From NCBI RefSeq assembly GCF_004010195.1, contig NC_057718.1, forward strand, positions 98,208,876-98,272,875: a DNA stretch of 64,000 bases, given 5' to 3'. Source of the DNA: Chiloscyllium plagiosum (lineage: Eukaryota). Made by a program: the position numbers and the translations under genes. The notes under the pieces are model-generated. The model saw only the letters and a program-made list of their open reading frames with translations. It searched no databases and was not told the DNA's origin. Below, in pieces: positions 1-64,000 of the stretch (its first letter is position 1; each line of letters begins with the position of its first letter).

Positions 1-770
1 CCTCATCCTATAGCTCAAACCCTCCAACCCTGGTAACATCCTTGTAAATCTTTTCTGAACTCTTTAAGTTGCACAACATCCTTCCTATAGGAGGGAGACC
101 AGAATTGCATGCAATATTCCAAAAGTGGCCTAACCAATGTCCTGTACAGACACAACATGATCTCCCATGATACTCACTGCTCTGACCAATAAAGGAAAGC
201 ATACCAAACGCCTTCTTCACTATCCTATCTACCTGAGACTCCACTTTCAAGGAGCTATGAACCTGCACTCCAAGGTCTCTTTGTTCAGCAACACTCCCCA
301 GGACCTTACCACTTCCTTAGGAAGTTCATTCCACACACAAACCACCATCTTTGTAAAAAAACAATTGCCCCTTTCTTCACTATCCTATCTACCTGAGACT
401 CCACTTTCAAGGAGCTATGAACCTGCACTCCAAGGTCTCTTTGTCCAGCAACACTCCCCAGGACCTTACCACTTAGGAAGTTCATTCCACGCACAAACCA
501 CCATCTTTGTAAAAAAACAATTGCCCCTCATGTCTTTTTTAAATCTCTCTTCTCACACCTTAACAATATACCCCCAGCCTTGAAATCCCCCATCCTAGTG
601 AGAAGGCAATGACCATTAACTCTATTTATACCCCTCATTTTTTTTATAAACTTCTATAAGGTCATAACCTCCTATGAAAAATCCCCAGCCTTTCTTTGTA
701 ATTCAAACCTTCCAAACCCAGCAACATCCTGGTAAATCTCTTCTGAACCCTCTCCAGCTTAATCTTGTCT
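1..770 (-). mobile_element. CR1/HER1-type LINE 3' fragments, with an internal tandem duplication
   Basis: Minus-strand translation gives the CR1 ORF2 C-terminus (RDLGVQVHSSLKVESQVDRIVKKAFGML); same text recurs at 16870, 25370 and 35125. Confidence 0.85.
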
Positions 771-890
771 CCACTACCCTCTCAAGCAGCATGTTCCAAA
801 TACCCACCGCCTTCTGAGGAACAAGAGATCCTCAAATTTCCTCTAAAGCCCGTGTTTCTCACTTTAGACTTGTGCTTTCTGGTCTTAATG

Positions 891-985
891 GGGATGAAGG
901 GCTTTTGTCCGAAACGTCGATTTCGCTGCTCCTTGGATGCTGCCTGAACTGCTGTGCTCTTCCAGCACCACTAATCCAGAAAGTG
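891..985 (+). mobile_element. Penelope-like terminal repeat fragment with a 5'-truncated hammerhead motif
   Basis: GATGA-A-GGGC-TTTT-GTCC-GAAACGTCGA followed by ggatgctgcctgaactgctgtgctcttccagc; same family at 7778, 26071 and 57331. Confidence 0.65.
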
Positions 986-1279
986 TCTGGAAATGTTAAC
1001 CTTATCAAGGACAACATATGATATTTGTAACTGCAACAAAAAATATGCCTTTGTAATTTGAGCTGTTTTTATTGTTGGATCATACAACATAGGCATCTCT
1101 AGTGCCCACATTTATTGTATTCAGGAGATGATGGTAACCTACCTGCTCAAACCATTGACGTCTATCTGGTGTAGATGCATCCACATGCTGTTTTGAATTT
1201 ATAAGAAAAGGAAGTGGTTAATCTCTCAAGCCTGTTCCGTCATTCAGTGAGATCATGGCTGATCAATAGCCTCAGAGGC

Positions 1280-1552
1280 TTCTTCTGGAATACTGTGTCC
1301 AATTCTGGTTGCCCAGTTATAGGAAGGATGCTGTTAACCTCGAGAGGGCTCAGAAGAGATTTACCAGGATGTTGCCGGGTGTGGAACGTTTGAGTTATAA
1401 AGAAAGGCTGGATAAGCTGGGACTTTCTTCACTGGAGCATACGAGGCTGGAAGGTGACCTTATCGAGGTTTATAAAATCATGAGTGGTAGAGATAGGGTT
1501 AATTTTAGGTGTCTTTTCCCTGGGGGTGGGGCGTTTCAAGATGAGGAGCCAT
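1280..1552 (+). mobile_element. CR1 LINE 3' fragment
   Basis: Translates to YRKDAVNLERAQKRFTRMLPG...GDLIEVYKIM, the CR1 ORF2 C-terminus. Confidence 0.85.
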
Positions 1553-1627
1553 GATTGATGATTGCGGTATAATTAATGTTGGGCGATTGACATTTCTGAC
1601 AGTGAAATAACACAGAGGGAAACAGAG

Positions 1628-1940
1628 ATTTGATTTATTATTGTCACATCTACCTAAGTACAGTGAAAAGTTTGTTTTTGCTGTCAGTGCAGGCAGAATT
1701 TAATAAACAAAGACATATAGATCGTAGGGTGTTAGACAGAGCAAGGCACATAAGGTTGTGGCTGCACAGAAGTTGCACAAAAGCAAGATCAATATTAGAT
1801 TTGAAAATAGAGATGTCCATTCAGCAGTCTAATAACAACAGGGAAGGAGCTGTTCTTGAATCCATTGGTTCGTGTGTTTAAGCTTCTGTATCTTCTGCCT
1901 GACGGAAGAGATTATAAGAGACTGTTACCGGGTTGGGACT
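1628..1940 (-). mobile_element. Rex1/Babar-like LINE 3' end
   Basis: Minus strand reads like PSGRRYRSLNTRTNGFKNSSFPVVIRLLN, followed by a tail; related + strand copy at 46545-46850. Confidence 0.6.
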
Positions 1941-2051
1941 CTTTCACGTTAAAAGAGACTCCAGAAGCTTGGGTCATTGTTATTTCTGAGACATCAGAGG
2001 TTATATCAGCCTTATTTAAAATGTGTAATGAAAATGTCATTTTGTTGGTAG

Positions 2052-62503
<60,452 letters not shown>

Positions 62504-62524
62504 GTATGTATGTGCTCTTCATAT

Positions 62525-62900
62525 CTTTAGGAACTGGAGGCCATTTGGCCTTCAGAGTTCTTCAAACCCTCTCTTCAATGGGATTGCTGCTGATCTGTGG
62601 CTGATCTCCTTTACCAGGATTTGTTCCACAGCTCTTTTGAGAAGTAACATTTATCAGACTTACATTTAAAATTAACATTGACGTAGCATCGATTACCAGT
62701 TTTTGGAAATTAGGTCCAAAGTTCTCCCATCCTTTGTGTGAGAAATGTTTCCTGATTTGGCTCCTGGAAGACCTAGTTCTTACTCTTAGACTATGTGTCC
62801 TGGTATTAGATTTCCTAACCAGCAGAAGCACTCTATCTAGCCTACTTCTCTTAATCTGTTGAAACCTTAGACCAGATGGCCCCTTGATGTTTGAAGTTGG
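62525..62900 (-). mobile_element. Decayed CR1 3' end directly downstream of the exon donor
   Basis: SNTRTHSLRVR...IRKHFS. Confidence 0.6.
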
Positions 62901-63249
62901 AAGGAATACAATCTCAATTGGTGTAATCACTTAGCGAGCTTTGAGAAGATGGGTAATCACTCTTCATAATTTAACCCTTTGAGTACAGCAATAATTTTTG
63001 TTTAGTTTAACTGTTTCATAATAAGAATACGGATCCTTTTTGTTATTAAGAATTGATTTTATGCAGCAAATGAGTTGAACCACTACGGAAAAATTGAATA
63101 ATGTGTAAAGCCATCATTTAGTTGCCACATTTAGGAGCACACATGCAAGACATAGGTAGTAATATTTTCTTAATTGAATTAATTTGTCTTTCTGTAGAGT
63201 AACAAAACTCGAAATGAATCATGTTGGGCTGGCATTAATACCTCTATTA

Positions 63250-63555
63250 GCATCATAGAATCCTGACAACACAGATAAAGGCCATTTAGCCCATCAAGTT
63301 GGCACCAAACCTTCGACAAGCATCGTACCCAATTCTCACGGTTATCATGACTAATCCACACTACGGGGCACTCGAGCATGGCCAACCCACCTAAACTCCA
63401 TATCTTTGGGAAGAAACCAGAGCACCTGGAGGAAACTCACATAGACATGGGAGAAGGTGCATAGCCCCCCCCCCACACAGGCAATTGTCCAAGAGTGGAC
63501 TCGACCTTGCTCCCTGACACAGTGAGGTAGCAGTGCTAATGACTGAGCCACCATG
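63250..63555 (-). mobile_element. Decayed HE1-type SINE
   Basis: gtgaggtagcagtgctaatgactgagccacc is the reverse complement of the head; V-domain remnant. Confidence 0.7.
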
Positions 63556-64000
63556 CATGTGTCCTCAAAGAATAACAAAGTAACTATTTGATGGTCATCT
63601 GACCTGCAATGCACTTACCTCTGCTCGTTACTAAGTGAAGGGCAAGGATCGTATATGCAGCAGTAGCAGATTATAAAAACATAAAGAGGGCTGAAGTAGA
63701 CCATTTGGCCCCTGAAACATGTTCCACCAGTTAACAAGATCATGACTGATCTGCTATGTCCATGCCACCTTTGTGCTCTATCCCCACATCCCTGAATTAA
63801 TTCAATACACAAAACTGTCTTGCCTAATTCACATTACAGGGCAATTGAGCATGGCCAACCCACCTAATCTGCATATCTTTGGGAAGAACCCGGAGGAAAT
63901 GTGCGTAGATGCGGGGAGAACATACAAAGCCCCCCACACAGGCAGTCTGTCTATCACATACTCAATGGCTGAGCATCCAAGCTGTCTGTGATAAGGATTT

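Overview
Eukaryotic genomic DNA from a cartilaginous fish: the HE1-type V-SINEs and HER1/CR1 LINEs point to an elasmobranch, probably a shark. The window lies entirely inside one + strand gene, phospholipase C beta 4 (PLCB4). I traced 16 constitutive coding exons from 2052 to 62503 (1689 nt, 563 codons). Splice phases are consistent throughout, and the exons encode the end of the X box, the X-Y linker, the Y box, C2 and the start of the C-terminal domain. The X-Y linker carries two frame-preserving cassette exons: a 36-nt exon matching a mammalian alternative exon and a 21-nt candidate microexon I do not recognise from mammals. Intron 22126-30584 is a U12 (minor spliceosome) GT-AG intron. Introns are full of decayed CR1/L2/Rex LINEs, SINEs, Tigger-like MITEs and Penelope-like elements. 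Several Penelope-derived segments carry minimal type I hammerhead ribozyme motifs with covarying stems; the sense-strand copy at 47371-47412 has an intact core. Two Penelope insertions form long inverted-repeat hairpins. Most ORFs in the supplied track are TE remnants or noise. Repeat family names come from memory of consensus sequences, not from a database search, and repeat boundaries are approximate.
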